From NCBI GenBank assembly GCA_020137815.1, contig CM035351.1, forward strand, positions 4,650,001 to 4,714,000: a stretch of DNA of 64,000 nucleotides. Reading direction: 5' to 3'. The position numbers were made by a program, and so were the translations under genes. Positions within the stretch are counted from its first letter, which is position 1; each line of letters opens with the position of its first letter. This DNA is from Hormiphora californensis. Taxonomy: Eukaryota; Animalia; Ctenophora. This document shows positions 1-11,251 of the stretch, piece after piece. A model generated the notes under the pieces. The model saw nothing but the letters and a program-made list of their open reading frames with translations. It had not been told where the DNA came from and did no database searches.

Positions 1-79
1 CTTTTCTCGTAGCTCCTGGTTCTTTTCTCTTTCTCAGCTTATCTCTCCTCCTAGCCATTGCTTTTCCTCCTTGCTCTCT

Positions 80-276
80 CTTTTCCTCGCCTCCGCCACA
101 GTCCACGGTGAAGGTTAGAGGAGGGGTGGGTGTTCGAGGCGTACCGATTAACAATTTTGCTCTCTTATTTCCTCGCAGCTGATCTCTCCTTCTGCTCTCT
201 TTTTTCCTCGCCTCCGCCACAGTCCACGGTGATGGTTAGAGGAGGGGTGGGTGTTTGAGGCGTACCGATTAACAAT
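80..276. repeat. Two direct copies of a ~75-bp unit, 119 bp apart
   Basis: ttttcctcgcctccgccacagtccacggtga..ggttagaggaggggtgggtgtt.gaggcgtaccgattaacaat occurs at ~80-156 and ~201-276. Confidence 0.85.
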
Positions 277-826
277 ACCCAACAAAGCAGTACGCTCTCC
301 TATAAATGATCTCTCGGATCCCTCTGATCTCTATATTTCCTGTTGCTCTGGTCTTTCTCTAATACAAGGCTGTTATCAGTGATATAGTGACAAGAACGAG
401 AGTGTTGTGACTTGTACTGTAAAGTTGCGAAAATATGGGCTTTTTTGAGACCTAAAAACTCGAATTTTAGGCCGTATTTTTTATTTTTTTCAAATTATTT
501 GATCTTGAGCTAATCTAATACCATCGGGCCATGCAAATGGATCAATTTGAGCACAATGGCTATCGACGAACAACATATTTTAACCATAATAGGGGGCTGC
601 AGTATGTCAAAAAGTGAGTTTTTGGGCGGCAGTGTGAGTTTTTGACAGAAAAATTTAAAAAAATTCATCGTTAAAAAGAGGCTCACGTGTTCAATTATGT
701 GTTATTCAACTTGCAATGGTATATGATGGGTCTCGATGAGGTTCAGCTGAAAGTTTTATTTTACAAAATATGAATTATCATTAAATTAGTTTTTAGGTGA
801 TTTTTCGAGTTGTAAAATTCTTAGTA

Positions 827-2594
827 CAGTCAGACCCCGATTTACCGGGCCCCGATTTACCGGGACGATCTCCTTCCCCCGATTCTTCGGGGGGTGAGGA
901 AGTATCAAAGTTTCAAAACAACTTTTTCTCTGAAAATTTACGGGGAGCATCGATCAAAGCATTGACAACGATTCTGTAAAATTTTGCCAAAAAAGTTATA
1001 AAATTGGTATAAGACGTATACCAGCCACTTTCGAATCGTTTTTCGAATCGGTGCATCTTATCACGTATCCTGCCGCTATAAGCCTGTCAAAACGTGTCGA
1101 TTTTTGGCCAAACCTTGAAGTCACGAGAGGCAAGCCAATTCCGGTTGTACATCCTAGGTATAGGTCTCCTAAACATAAAAAACCAAAATGTCAGTCTCAA
1201 TTATTTGGGGGAAGCTGTGAAATTAGCCCCTAATTGATTGGTAATTGAGCACAAGGGGGAAAAGCTGTATCTACCCTTAGGAAAGGAGTAGAGACAAAAT
1301 TAAGGGCACCAAAGTGTTCAGCGTCCTCGCATTAGTGGGGGTAGGTGCCGGAATGAAGTCTCTATCTCATCTGGTTAATTAGATAATTGGATAATTAGGT
1401 ATGCGCATAGCCGTTTGCTGACCATATGGCTATAGCCATGTTAGGAAAGGAGTAGAGACAAAACCGAGGGCACTAAAATGATCAGCGTCCTCGAATTAGT
1501 GGGGGTAGGTGCTAAAATTAAATCTCTATCTCATCCAGTTAATTAGATAATTGGATAATTAGTTTTGCGAATAACCGTTTTTAGGCTATATGGCTATAGC
1601 CACTTAGGAATGGTTCAGAGACTTTTCATTGGTGCCATTTTGTAGGCAATGGCCAAGTTATGGGGGGTCGACGTCGGACTTTTAAGCTCTATCTTCAACC
1701 GTTTAGCCGTTATTTGGCTTTTAAGGTGCTGAAAATGAGTAAAAATCGGGCTTTTTACCGTTTTTTGCTCATTTTGAGCACCTTTAAATCCAAATAACGG
1801 CTAAACGGTTGAAGATAGAGCTTAAAAGTCCGACGTTGACCCCCCATAACTTGGCCATTGCCTACAAAATGGCACCAATGAAAAGCCTCTAAACCATTCC
1901 TAAGTGGCTATAGCCATATAGCCTAAAAACGGTTATTCGCAAAACTAATTATCCAATTATCTAATTAACCGGATGAGATAGAGATTTAATTTCAGCACCT
2001 ACCCCCACTAATTCGAGGACGCTGATCATTTTAGTGCCCTCGGTTTTGTCTCTACTCCTTTCCTAACATGGCTATAGCCATATGGCCAGCAAACGGCTAT
2101 GCGCATACCTAATTATCCAATTATCTAATTAACCAGATGAGATAGAGACTCCATTCCAGCACCTACCCCCACTAATGCGAGGACGCTGAACACTTTGGTG
2201 CCCTTAATTTTGTCTCTACTTCTTTCCTAAGGGTAGATACAGCTTTTTTCCCCTTGTGCTCAATTACCAATCAATTAGGGGCTAATTACACACCTTCCCC
2301 CAAATAATTGAGACTGACATTTTGGTTTTTTATGTTTAGGAGACCTATACCTAGGATGTACAACCGGAATTGGCTTGCCTCTAGTGAGTTCTAGGTTGAA
2401 ACACGTTTTGACAGGCTTACTAATTAAACGGTTTGAAACGAACCGATACGTGATCCGGGATCACTGATCCCCATTAGACCTAGCAAATTGCAAATGTAAG
2501 TTTACCAACTGGCAAGACTTCGAAAATTTTCCAAAAAATCGGGGGAAAGAAATCGTCCCGGCAAATCGGGGCCCGGTAAATTGGGGTCTGGCTG
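827..2594. mobile_element. Non-autonomous Tc1/mariner-superfamily element containing a ~1.3-kb internal palindrome
   Basis: TA|CAGTCAGACCCCGATTTACCGGGCCCCG ... CGGGGCCCGGTAAATTGGGGTCTGGCTG|TA. Internal inverted arms ~1080-1745 and ~1760-2420, each holding a ~163-bp tandem duplication. No transposase ORF. Confidence 0.8.
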
Positions 2595-2727
2595 TACTAA
2601 AACACCTCTAAGTGTTAAATACAATGTCCATGTATTGATTATGATCATTTCTGATAAGAAAAAGAAAATAATTTTCAAAATTTTCAAAAAAAAGTTATAA
2701 AAATTTTAAGGTACTACATATATCAAC

Positions 2728-2940
2728 CACGTCCGAATCGTTTATCGCATGTCTTGCTGCTAATTAGACAGTTCGAAACGAACCGATACGTGATCCCCAT
2801 GGAGCCAGTTTAACATTAACAAGTGTCAAAATTGCGATTCGATGGGCCTCATGGGGATCACATATCTGTTCGCCTCGAACCGTCCAATTACCGGCAAGAC
2901 ATGCAACAAGATGCACCGATTCGAAACACGATTCGGACGT
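2728..2940. repeat. ~210-bp imperfect palindromic module (cgaatcg..tacgtgatcccc / ggggatcac..ccgattcgaaacacgattcg)
   Basis: Self-complementary ends acgtccgaatcgt / acgattcggacgt; the same module lies inside the hAT MITEs at 41.7-42.4 kb. Confidence 0.6.
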
Positions 2941-3135
2941 CCCACCTATGAAAACTTCATCGAAAACTTAAATTACGGGCTCTAATGGGCCGGATTTAAA
3001 CCCGTATAGATTACTAAAACTTTTCTTCTACCTTATTTTTTTCGATTTATCAGGAGTTTAAAGCATTTTTTCAGAAAGAAGACCCGCCCTAATTGATGCA
3101 CTTTAGATTGATTTAGAGGGATTTGTTACTATGTA

Positions 3136-4334
3136 CAGGGTGTCCCACTGTCTTTGCGTGACCTGTGATTTTGGGTGATGAGTGGGTTCCATTAAAATGC
3201 TCATAACTCATCGAAAAATTAGTCAAAACGGCTAAACCAAAAACAGTGTTTTAGAGAATTGTCAGGCGAACATTTGGGTACAAGATTGATGTTCCAAGTC
3301 TTACCAACCGTCAGATATATCGTCTTAAAGTCAAAAATACGTGTTCATGAAATCCGACCGGGGTTCACGTTTTGAAAAATTCACAAATGCAAAGTTGCTC
3401 GGATCACATTGCATCCCTCATAAGAGTTGTAGGAAATTGTCTGGCGATCATTTTGGTACCCGGTTTTTTGTCCTAGCTCAATGTTTAGAGTGTCTTATGA
3501 CTTTCTAAAGACGAAATTCAACCAACATTTTTGAGGGGATCACGTGTCATCAACAAATTGGTAAAATGGTTTGAAATTTATAAGAGCTTCATTGGAATCG
3601 TCTAAGGTTCATTTAGATACCATGATTTTTTCTATAGCTCTGCGTTTTAGTTGCGTTATAACTGTAGGAACATAGAGATTTTTCTACGCTGAGTCTTAGT
3701 TGGTATCGGCTCACAACGCCTAATTAGGTGGCTCGGTGTCGTGTGTAATCCCATGATAATCAGCACATATCGTCTCAATTTCATCTAGACACTTGACAGG
3801 GTTGTTATGACGATTTGGCAAGGCCCCTGTTAATGTGTAGGATACGCAAGTGGTCTATCTCAACCCTATCATGCACTAAGATGTTATTCAAGCAGTAATG
3901 AGCTTCATAACAGGGCAAAATGTAATGCGATACCTGAGACCACTTTTGTGAAAATTCCAGTTCTGACAGTCATAAGACACTCTAAACATTGAGCTAGGAC
4001 AAAAACTCGGGTACCAAAATGACCGCCAGACAATTTCCTACAACTCTTATGAGGGATGCAATGTGATCCGAGCAACTTTGCATTTGTGAATTTTTCAAAA
4101 CGTGAACCCCGGTCGGATTTCATGAACACGTATTTTTGACTTTAAGACGATATATCTGACGGTTGGTAAGACTTGGAACATCAATCTTGTACCCAAATGT
4201 TCGCCTGACAATTCTCTACAGCACTGTTTTTGGTTTAGCCGTTTTGACCAATTTTTCGATGAGTTATGAGCATTTGAATGGAACCCACTCATCACCCAAA
4301 ATCACAGGTCACGCAAAGACAGTGGGACACCCTG
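3136..4334. mobile_element. Mariner-like MITE family A, copy 1
   Basis: TA|CAGGGTGTCCCACTGTCTTTGC ... GCAAAGACAGTGGGACACCCTG|TA; ~370-bp TIRs and a ~460-bp spacer. Confidence 0.92.
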
Positions 4335-4458
4335 TACTATTATACGTCCAAAAACGTTGCACTTTTTGGCACAATTTCGAGACGTTTTACCCCATATATT
4401 TTAAAATATATCTTCTAGGCTGTGTGAATCACTAGTCGACTGATCATCACACAGTGTG

Positions 4459-7400
4459 ATGACTAGTCGACTTTGCCTTCTGTTTATTCTCGGAATGATA
4501 CTCACTGGAACAACAGCTGTTGAACAAATTGAAGTTGATAGCGCAACTGGTAGGACAGTCTACAAAAATAATAAAAAATATGGACCTGAAAAAGCTGTAG
4601 ACGGTAAAACAACAAGCTTTTACTCTTCCGCCGAAAGTCAGCCAGATCAGTGGCTAAAACTAACATTGAAGGAACCAGCTTCAGTTGGAAGTGTTGTCAT
4701 CATTAACAGGTAAAATTATTTGTTAAATTTTCCTATAATGTATTATGGAAATTAATGTATTATGGAAATTACTGTAGAATTGGCATTCTTTGTTTTATAA
4801 CTTTTCAACACTACTTTAAACAAATTAATTTGAGTGTTCCACTTATAATCGATTGATCCGTGTTAGAGGTTATTTTCCAATCTTCGATATCTTATAGTTA
4901 CGTGAATCTCTGTGGGCTTATTAAGAACGTACTGTGAGTGTTTTGAGTTGGGATTTATCTCTGTCCAGGAGTGTGAGCCAGGTGTTTTAGGATGAACAAT
5001 TTTCATGATATTACGAATAGAGAGGAGTTTGATAGAGCTCTTGAGAGTATGGTATTTAATTCTAAGTGTAAGGGTAGCTCTGTTCTGAATCGTCTGCTTG
5101 AGGGGGATATTACTCCTCCTCCTAACAGTCCAAGTGGCCCAACCAGAGAGCAGGTATGGGGTCTTCTAGTGTCAGCATATGCATTGATACCCAGCAGCTC
5201 CAGAACCCGGTTTGAAAGCGGCACTAGCTCAACGATGGATGCAGGTTCCCTGGAGGTATTGAAGGAAAGTTTTGAAAGCCTGAAGACTGATCTTCTAGCG
5301 ACCATTGAGAGGAGAGTTGATGATCAAGTATCGAAAATACTGGATAAGAAAGAGGATGGGAACAGTGGAATTGAGGATCAACCAGAACCGGTGTTACCGA
5401 TGAAGCATTATGTGGATATTAAGCTTGAAGTGGATGAAGATGATTCTGCGGCTCCGGTATGTCCGAAGAAGCAGTGGGCTGAGTTTGTGAAGCCAAAGGT
5501 GGAATCTGCGCTCAAGGGGGTCCCTGTACTCAATACATTTGTTAATAAAGGCTCTGTCCGACTTTCTTTCGAGACAGATGATCAACTCAAGGCAGCTGGT
5601 GCGGTTCTTTCACCGGCTTTGGGACAGGAGATCCAGACGGTTACAGAGAGGAAAGCGATGCTTGACCCAAGAATTGCGGTGAATGATTTGGATGCAGACT
5701 TACTTGATGAGGAGAAACTGATTTCGGAAATCCTGAGTGACAAGAATCAGGATATAAAGAAGGCCCATGGACAGGGTGGAAATATCAAGGTTATCCATAT
5801 CAACAGGAATGGTAGTTTTGCTGTAATCCAAGTCTCCCCAAGTATTCGGAGGATTATTTCATCTAATAAGGACAAGATTTTCCTGAAGCTGAGGCAACAT
5901 TCAGTTAGGGATCGGTTTCATGTGGTGCAGTGTTTCCATTGTCAAGAGTTTGGTCACGTGGCTGGTTCTATGAGGTGTTCCAAGAAGGACAGTCCGGCAG
6001 TTTGTGCGTTCTGTGCTGGTGAGCATGAGACGAGACAGTGTCAAGAAAAGAGGAAGAATGATGTAGCCAAACTGAGGTGTATCAATTGTCATGGCAGTGG
6101 AAGCAGAGAGGATAGGAGGCATTCAAAGACGCATCTTGCATCGAGTACCTTATGTCCTTTTTACATCAATGAACGAGGAAAGCTGATGGATAGGACTGCT
6201 GGCGTGAGTAAGGAGACAAAAAATGTCTACCGGACGAGGGCAATGGAAGAGCTGAGGATAAAACGACTTGGAGGATCGGGACGCTCAATGTCCATTCTAT
6301 AATGAACAAGACGGGAGGAATTCTGACTCATCTAGAGGATAAGGAATGTGACGTGTGCTTAGTACAGGAGACTTATCTAAAAGCTACGGATACAGCGAAG
6401 ATCAGGGAAATACAGGATAATGGATGGCAGGTATTCTCTAGTCCAAGGAGTGAGAGAGCTGGTGGTGGCATTGGCGTTTTCTATAGGGACGGAGTAGTGG
6501 TCAAACGAGCACCTGTTAAAGACAAGTTCAAGACCTTTCAGGTCCAGGAAGTCCTTATTGGAGGAGATGATGATCTTGTGAGGCTCTGTAATATATACAG
6601 ACCCCCCTACAATGGAAAGGCTCGGTATACAGAGGCAAATTTTCTGGAAGAGTTTAATGGATATATATCTAACCTTCTCATGAAAACAGGAAATCCGATG
6701 ATCATGGGAGACTTCAATTTCCAGGTTCAAGACTCAGGCAACTTTTATGCGAGGAAGCTTCTTCACCTTTTGGACTCATTTGACTTTGTGCAGAATGTAC
6801 CATCAGTTCCGACTCATGTGAGGGGAGGAACTCTGGATCTGATGATCTGTCAGCGTGATTTTCTTACTAAACTGGAAAACGTGCAAGTCTTTCCGGATGG
6901 GACGTTGTCAGACCATTTCTTGGCTACAGTGGACCTAAAGCTCTCTACCCCTGGAGATGATTATAGGACGTGGAGGAAGATGTACAGCTACAGAGATTTT
7001 AATTCGGTTGATCCAGAGGAATTCAGACGTGCTCTCCAGGAAGTTTGTCTTCGGGTTCCAGATGGGTGTACTGCAGAGGAGGCTTTGAGGATCTATGATA
7101 GTGCGTTAGAGGAGGTGGTGAGGAAACTGGTACCGATGAAGAGAAGGAAGGAAGTAAAGAGTGTTAAGTTGTGGAGGGAGAGACAAGATGTTCGGGAGGC
7201 ACTAAGGGAGAGGAGGAGAGCAGAAAGGGCTTGGGAATCTAACAAGACAGGACTCAACAAGATACAGTACAAGGAACTACAGAGGCGTTTTGAAAAGATT
7301 GATAAGCAGGCGAGGATGGAATTTTCCCGGAAGCAGCTTGAGGAGGTTAAAGATGATCCTGCAGCGCTGCAGAAGAGGCTAGGTCGTCTAATTGGAAAGT

Positions 7401-10071
7401 CTGAAACTGTTCTGCCAGGAGGAGTGTCAGACGGAAAGTTGGCAGAGGATTTTGCAGAGTTCTTCAGTGGGAAGATTGAGAAGATTCGGACAGCGGTTCG
7501 GGATGAGCAAGAGGAAGGTTCTGAGGAGCTCACTGTGGATTCTCTGCCTGCGCCTACCTGTACTCTAACCAAGTTTGAGGAAATCAGAGTTAATGAATTA
7601 GTTCGGGTTGTCAAGGAAATGTCATCGAAGTCTTGTGATCTGGACCCTATTCCGACCTGGTTGGTGAAAGACTGCCTTGAAGAACTAGCGCCGATCCTGA
7701 CGAACATTATCAACAAATCCCTTCTACGATCTACTGTTCCAGATATTATGCAGAAAGCATTGGTGATGCCAACGATAAAGAACCCCAATGGGGACACTGA
7801 TTTATTTTCGAACTACAGGCCGGTTTCTAACATATCGTTTGTATCGAAGGTACTGGAGAAAGTTGTGCTCAATCAGTTAAACTCATACCTATGGATGAAC
7901 GACCTACTCAATGCAGACCAATCTGGGTATAGGGCGGGGCATAGTTGTGAAACACTGCTTGCTGGAATGTTTGATGACCTGTTGAAGGATTTGGATTCTG
8001 GCAAAGTATCGGCCCTTCTGCTGCTTGACATGAGTGCGGCTTTCGATACTGTGGATCATTCGAAGCTGATTGGAATTTTGGAGGCAAGGTTTGGGGTAAG
8101 AGGATCTGCGCTTGAATGGTTTAGAAGCTACCTTAGCAAAAGGACTTTTAAAGTGAATGTTCGTGGGGAACTCTCGGCGGCGATTGCACTAATTTGTGGA
8201 GTCCCACAGGGGTCCCTTCTTGGACCTGTTTTATTCTTGCTGTACATTGAGGAACTTCAGGATATTGTTCGTCCCTATGGCCTAAAGATCAAACTGTATG
8301 CAGATGACTCTCAGATATACTTTGGACTGGTTCCGAGTGATGCAGAGGGGTGGAGTTCCAGTAAAAAGACCCTAGAGGATTGTCTCAAGAATGTCAAAAC
8401 ATGGATGGTTAGCCATGGACTTAAGTGTAATGAGGACAAGACGGAGTTTCTACTGTTGGGAAAGACAAGCTCCTTGGAAAAGATGGCATTTGATCCAGAG
8501 ATCCAGTTTGGAGGTTCGGTGGTCAGGCCTATGGAATGTAAGGGGACGACAGGAAAGACCCTCGGTGTTCTCATGGACCATCAGTTGACTCTTGAGAGAC
8601 AGATATTCAATGTTAAGAAACAGTGTGGCCTTATGCTCAAGAACTTGTGGCAGGTCAACAAGTGTCTTGACAAAGATACCAAGATTATGTTGGTCAAGCA
8701 ACTGGTCATTTCCCGGATTGATTACTGCAACATCCTTTACTATGGACTACCTAAGAGGATATTGAGGTATCTTCAGAAGACCCTGAATTCTTGTGTGCGT
8801 TTCATTTTCAATCTAAAGGGACATCAGGATGACTACACAGAATACTACAAGGAGGCACACATTCTACCTATTGAGCAGAGGCTGACTTTCAAGGCATGTC
8901 TTTTGGCGTACAAGATTGTACGAGGCACTGCACCCAAGTATCTGATGGACCTGGTCCCTCGTGATGACAATCCTGAACCTGTAAAACCTACCCGATCTAC
9001 CTCAGTTCCAGATTTCTTCAGGTTGAAATATCCAAAGCTCTCAAGTGTAAATGCGAATTCTAAGTTAAGAAGGAGGAGGATCTCTGTATTCCTGCCGGAA
9101 GTGTGGAACTCCCTGCCATTGGAGTTAAGGTCTGTTCACCCTGTTGAACTCTTCAAGACAAGGCTTAAGACCCGGCTATTTAAGGAAGCTTTCGTTGATC
9201 CAGAGAGCAGTAGCACCTGAGTCATCTCGTCTTTGGGTCACTGGTTCTGTTCTGGTCTGGGTTTAGTGTTCCCCTTAGGCAGACGTTTATTTAGACAGTG
9301 TTATTCCTCATTACATTTACCGGGCTTGCAGTAATAGCTGCTGACTTTTTAATAGCTTTGAGAGCTGCTGTCTTTGAGTAGCATGAGAGCTGCTGACTTT
9401 GTAATTTAGCTTATTCAGTGTGAGAGCATTTTTATGCCTATCTAAGTTGGTTTGTATTTTATGAGGCCCGTATTTTCATCAATAAAAGTCTATCTATGGT
9501 GTGTTTAAATCCAGATTTTAATAGTGTGTGTCATAAGTAAGGAAGGTGTTATAATTTAGGTATACCGCTCTGACGCTGAGCAGTGTCAGTCAAAATTCAG
9601 TTTGCTGGCCCTGTTTTGCCTGGGCGGTATACAAAAACTTATATTATTATTTATTATTATAATTTAGAGCTCAGAAGATCCACAGGTTAAATAAAGCCAT
9701 CTATAAGAATGTAATATGTAGTTTGATGTAATTTGATAATTTGTAATGTTGACTGTTGTTTCAGACTGCTTGATAACATGAAGGTCGTAACAGATCGTCT
9801 GCTGGGTACTAAAGTATCTCTAATTGGTGCTACAATTAACACCACCTGTAGCACTATCAACTCTGTCAACCCTAATGGAGCATCTCTTGAAGATCAGACC
9901 TACACGGTACCCTGTCCAGTTACCGCAGAGAAAACTCTGGCAGTCCTCCTCTATGATAATGTAATGGAGGAGTCTGAAGATAAGGGGAAAAACGAGATGT
10001 TCTTAAATGTAGCGGAGGTGATGGTTTATACACGGCTGATGGTTTATACTCGGCCTAAAGCAAGTGAGTAA
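4459..10071 (+). CDS. Secreted F5/8 type C / F-type lectin-like domain protein, unit 1 (exons 4459-4709 and 9765-~10063/10071); LINE in the intron
   Basis: Signal peptide MTSRLCLLFILGMILTGTTA; motifs PEKAVDG, QWLKLTL, VVIINR...RL; GT-AG intron in a compatible phase. Confidence 0.75.
4992..6302 (+). CDS. LINE ORF1, gag-like with three zinc knuckles
   Basis: CFHCQEFGHVAGSMRC, CAFCAGEHETRQC, CINCHG...HLASSTLC. Confidence 0.9.
   Translation: MNNFHDITNREEFDRALESMVFNSKCKGSSVLNRLLEGDITPPPNSPSGPTREQVWGLLVSAYALIPSSSRTRFESGTSSTMDAGSLEVLKESFESLKTDLLATIERRVDDQVSKILDKKEDGNSGIEDQPEPVLPMKHYVDIKLEVDEDDSAAPVCPKKQWAEFVKPKVESALKGVPVLNTFVNKGSVRLSFETDDQLKAAGAVLSPALGQEIQTVTERKAMLDPRIAVNDLDADLLDEEKLISEILSDKNQDIKKAHGQGGNIKVIHINRNGSFAVIQVSPSIRRIISSNKDKIFLKLRQHSVRDRFHVVQCFHCQEFGHVAGSMRCSKKDSPAVCAFCAGEHETRQCQEKRKNDVAKLRCINCHGSGSREDRRHSKTHLASSTLCPFYINERGKLMDRTAGVSKETKNVYRTRAMEELRIKRLGGSGRSMSIL
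6302..9220 (+). CDS. LINE ORF2, APE endonuclease plus reverse transcriptase (frame open from 6212)
   Basis: VQET, MGDFN, TLDL, SDH endonuclease motifs; YRPVS, LLDMSAAFDTVDH, GVPQGS, YADD RT motifs. Confidence 0.95.
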   Translation: MNKTGGILTHLEDKECDVCLVQETYLKATDTAKIREIQDNGWQVFSSPRSERAGGGIGVFYRDGVVVKRAPVKDKFKTFQVQEVLIGGDDDLVRLCNIYRPPYNGKARYTEANFLEEFNGYISNLLMKTGNPMIMGDFNFQVQDSGNFYARKLLHLLDSFDFVQNVPSVPTHVRGGTLDLMICQRDFLTKLENVQVFPDGTLSDHFLATVDLKLSTPGDDYRTWRKMYSYRDFNSVDPEEFRRALQEVCLRVPDGCTAEEALRIYDSALEEVVRKLVPMKRRKEVKSVKLWRERQDVREALRERRRAERAWESNKTGLNKIQYKELQRRFEKIDKQARMEFSRKQLEEVKDDPAALQKRLGRLIGKSETVLPGGVSDGKLAEDFAEFFSGKIEKIRTAVRDEQEEGSEELTVDSLPAPTCTLTKFEEIRVNELVRVVKEMSSKSCDLDPIPTWLVKDCLEELAPILTNIINKSLLRSTVPDIMQKALVMPTIKNPNGDTDLFSNYRPVSNISFVSKVLEKVVLNQLNSYLWMNDLLNADQSGYRAGHSCETLLAGMFDDLLKDLDSGKVSALLLLDMSAAFDTVDHSKLIGILEARFGVRGSALEWFRSYLSKRTFKVNVRGELSAAIALICGVPQGSLLGPVLFLLYIEELQDIVRPYGLKIKLYADDSQIYFGLVPSDAEGWSSSKKTLEDCLKNVKTWMVSHGLKCNEDKTEFLLLGKTSSLEKMAFDPEIQFGGSVVRPMECKGTTGKTLGVLMDHQLTLERQIFNVKKQCGLMLKNLWQVNKCLDKDTKIMLVKQLVISRIDYCNILYYGLPKRILRYLQKTLNSCVRFIFNLKGHQDDYTEYYKEAHILPIEQRLTFKACLLAYKIVRGTAPKYLMDLVPRDDNPEPVKPTRSTSVPDFFRLKYPKLSSVNANSKLRRRRISVFLPEVWNSLPLELRSVHPVELFKTRLKTRLFKEAFVDPESSST

Positions 10072-10412
10072 ACACTAAACATTTTGGTGGCGCCGTCACC
10101 GCTTGCGGGCTTCGTTTTGGTGCGCTGTGTCACCAAGTAACCATTATTGTCATAGGACAACGTGATGGCAAGAAGGCAGAATTACAAACCTAAGGATAGG
10201 AATGAAAATTGGTGTAGTTTGGTCCTTAAAGTGAGAGTGGACAGAACCAGAATTGGAAAAGTTTGTTGGAGGTTGTATACACTGTCCACTCTCACTTTAA
10301 CACATAAAATTACTGCCAACCAAATAAGTAGCTCCCAATAAACTGATAATACATAGTAACTCACAAACAAATTCCACCCATCTCTGTCATCATGACCTCA
10401 CCAAAATCATTC

Positions 10413-11078
10413 AACAAATAGAAGTTGATAGCGCTACTGGTAGGACAGTCCACGGCAATAATGAATATGGACCTGAAAAAGCTGTAGACGGCAAAACAAC
10501 AAGCTTTTACTCTTCTGGCGACGACGGGACAGATCAGTGGCTAAAACTTACATTGGAGGAACCAGCTTCAGTTGGAAGTGTGGTCATCATTAACAGGTAA
10601 AATTATTTGTTAGATTTGAATAATATAATGTATTATGGAAGTTAATGTATTATGGAAATAACTGTAGAATTGGCATTCTTTGTTTTATAATTTAGAGCTC
10701 AGAAGATCCACAGGTTAAATAAAGCCATCTATAAGAATGTAATATGTAGTTTGATGTAATTTGATAATTTGTAATGTTGACTGTTGTTTCAGACTGGGTG
10801 ATCAAAAGGTCGTAACAGATCGTCTACTGGGTACTAAAGTATCTCTAATTGGTGCTACAATTAACACCACCTGTAGCACTATCAACTCTGTCAACCCTAA
10901 TGGAACATCTCTTGAAGATCAGACCTACACGGTACCCTGTCCAGTTACCGCAGAGAAAACTCTGGCAGTCCTCCTCTATGATAATGTAATTGAGCAGTCT
11001 TATGATAAGGCGCACAACAGGATACTCGTAAATGTAGCGGAGGTCATGGTTTATATGCAGCTTGAACCAAGTAAGTAA
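10413..11078 (+). CDS. F5/8 / F-lectin-like unit 2 (exons ~10413/10422-10596 and 10793-11070/11078); no signal peptide or ATG of its own
   Basis: Close paralog of unit 1, including the intron sequence. Confidence 0.7.
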
Positions 11079-11251
11079 ATATTTGTAACTAACAAACAAA
11101 TTCCACCCATAATCCACCACATTCAAACAAATTCCACCCATATCTGCCCCCACAGCTATTATGACCGCACCAAAAATCATTCATAATATCAAAACCCCTC
11201 TCCCTAAGGTCCCATTTCAATCCTTAACACAGATATAATATTATGATTATA

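Larger units (their letters stand above)
4801..9656 (+). mobile_element. Full-length, apparently intact non-LTR retrotransposon (CR1/L2-like LINE)
   Basis: Two long ORFs; 3' stem-loop gtataccgc...gcggtatac; (TTA)n tail; possible TTATAA TSD (4795-4800 / 9657-9662); empty site visible in the paralogous intron at ~10690. Confidence 0.92.

Noticed and set aside
1-325. Minus-strand open frame across the 75-bp duplication
   Set aside because: It reads the two repeat copies in different frames, has no ATG and does not resemble PITRM1 or any protein I recognise.
797-4435. Short ORFs inside MITEs (also at 11.2-12.5, 19.8-20.7, 41.4-45.5 and 50.5-51.8 kb)
   Set aside because: Mirror-image translations of inverted repeats with no transposase motifs; the longer ORFs in copy 2 probably result from T loss removing stop codons.
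7093-7797. 234-aa antisense ORF in LINE ORF2 (also 38394-38942 opposite DRC5)
   Set aside because: Shadow of the coding strand with no recognisable domain.
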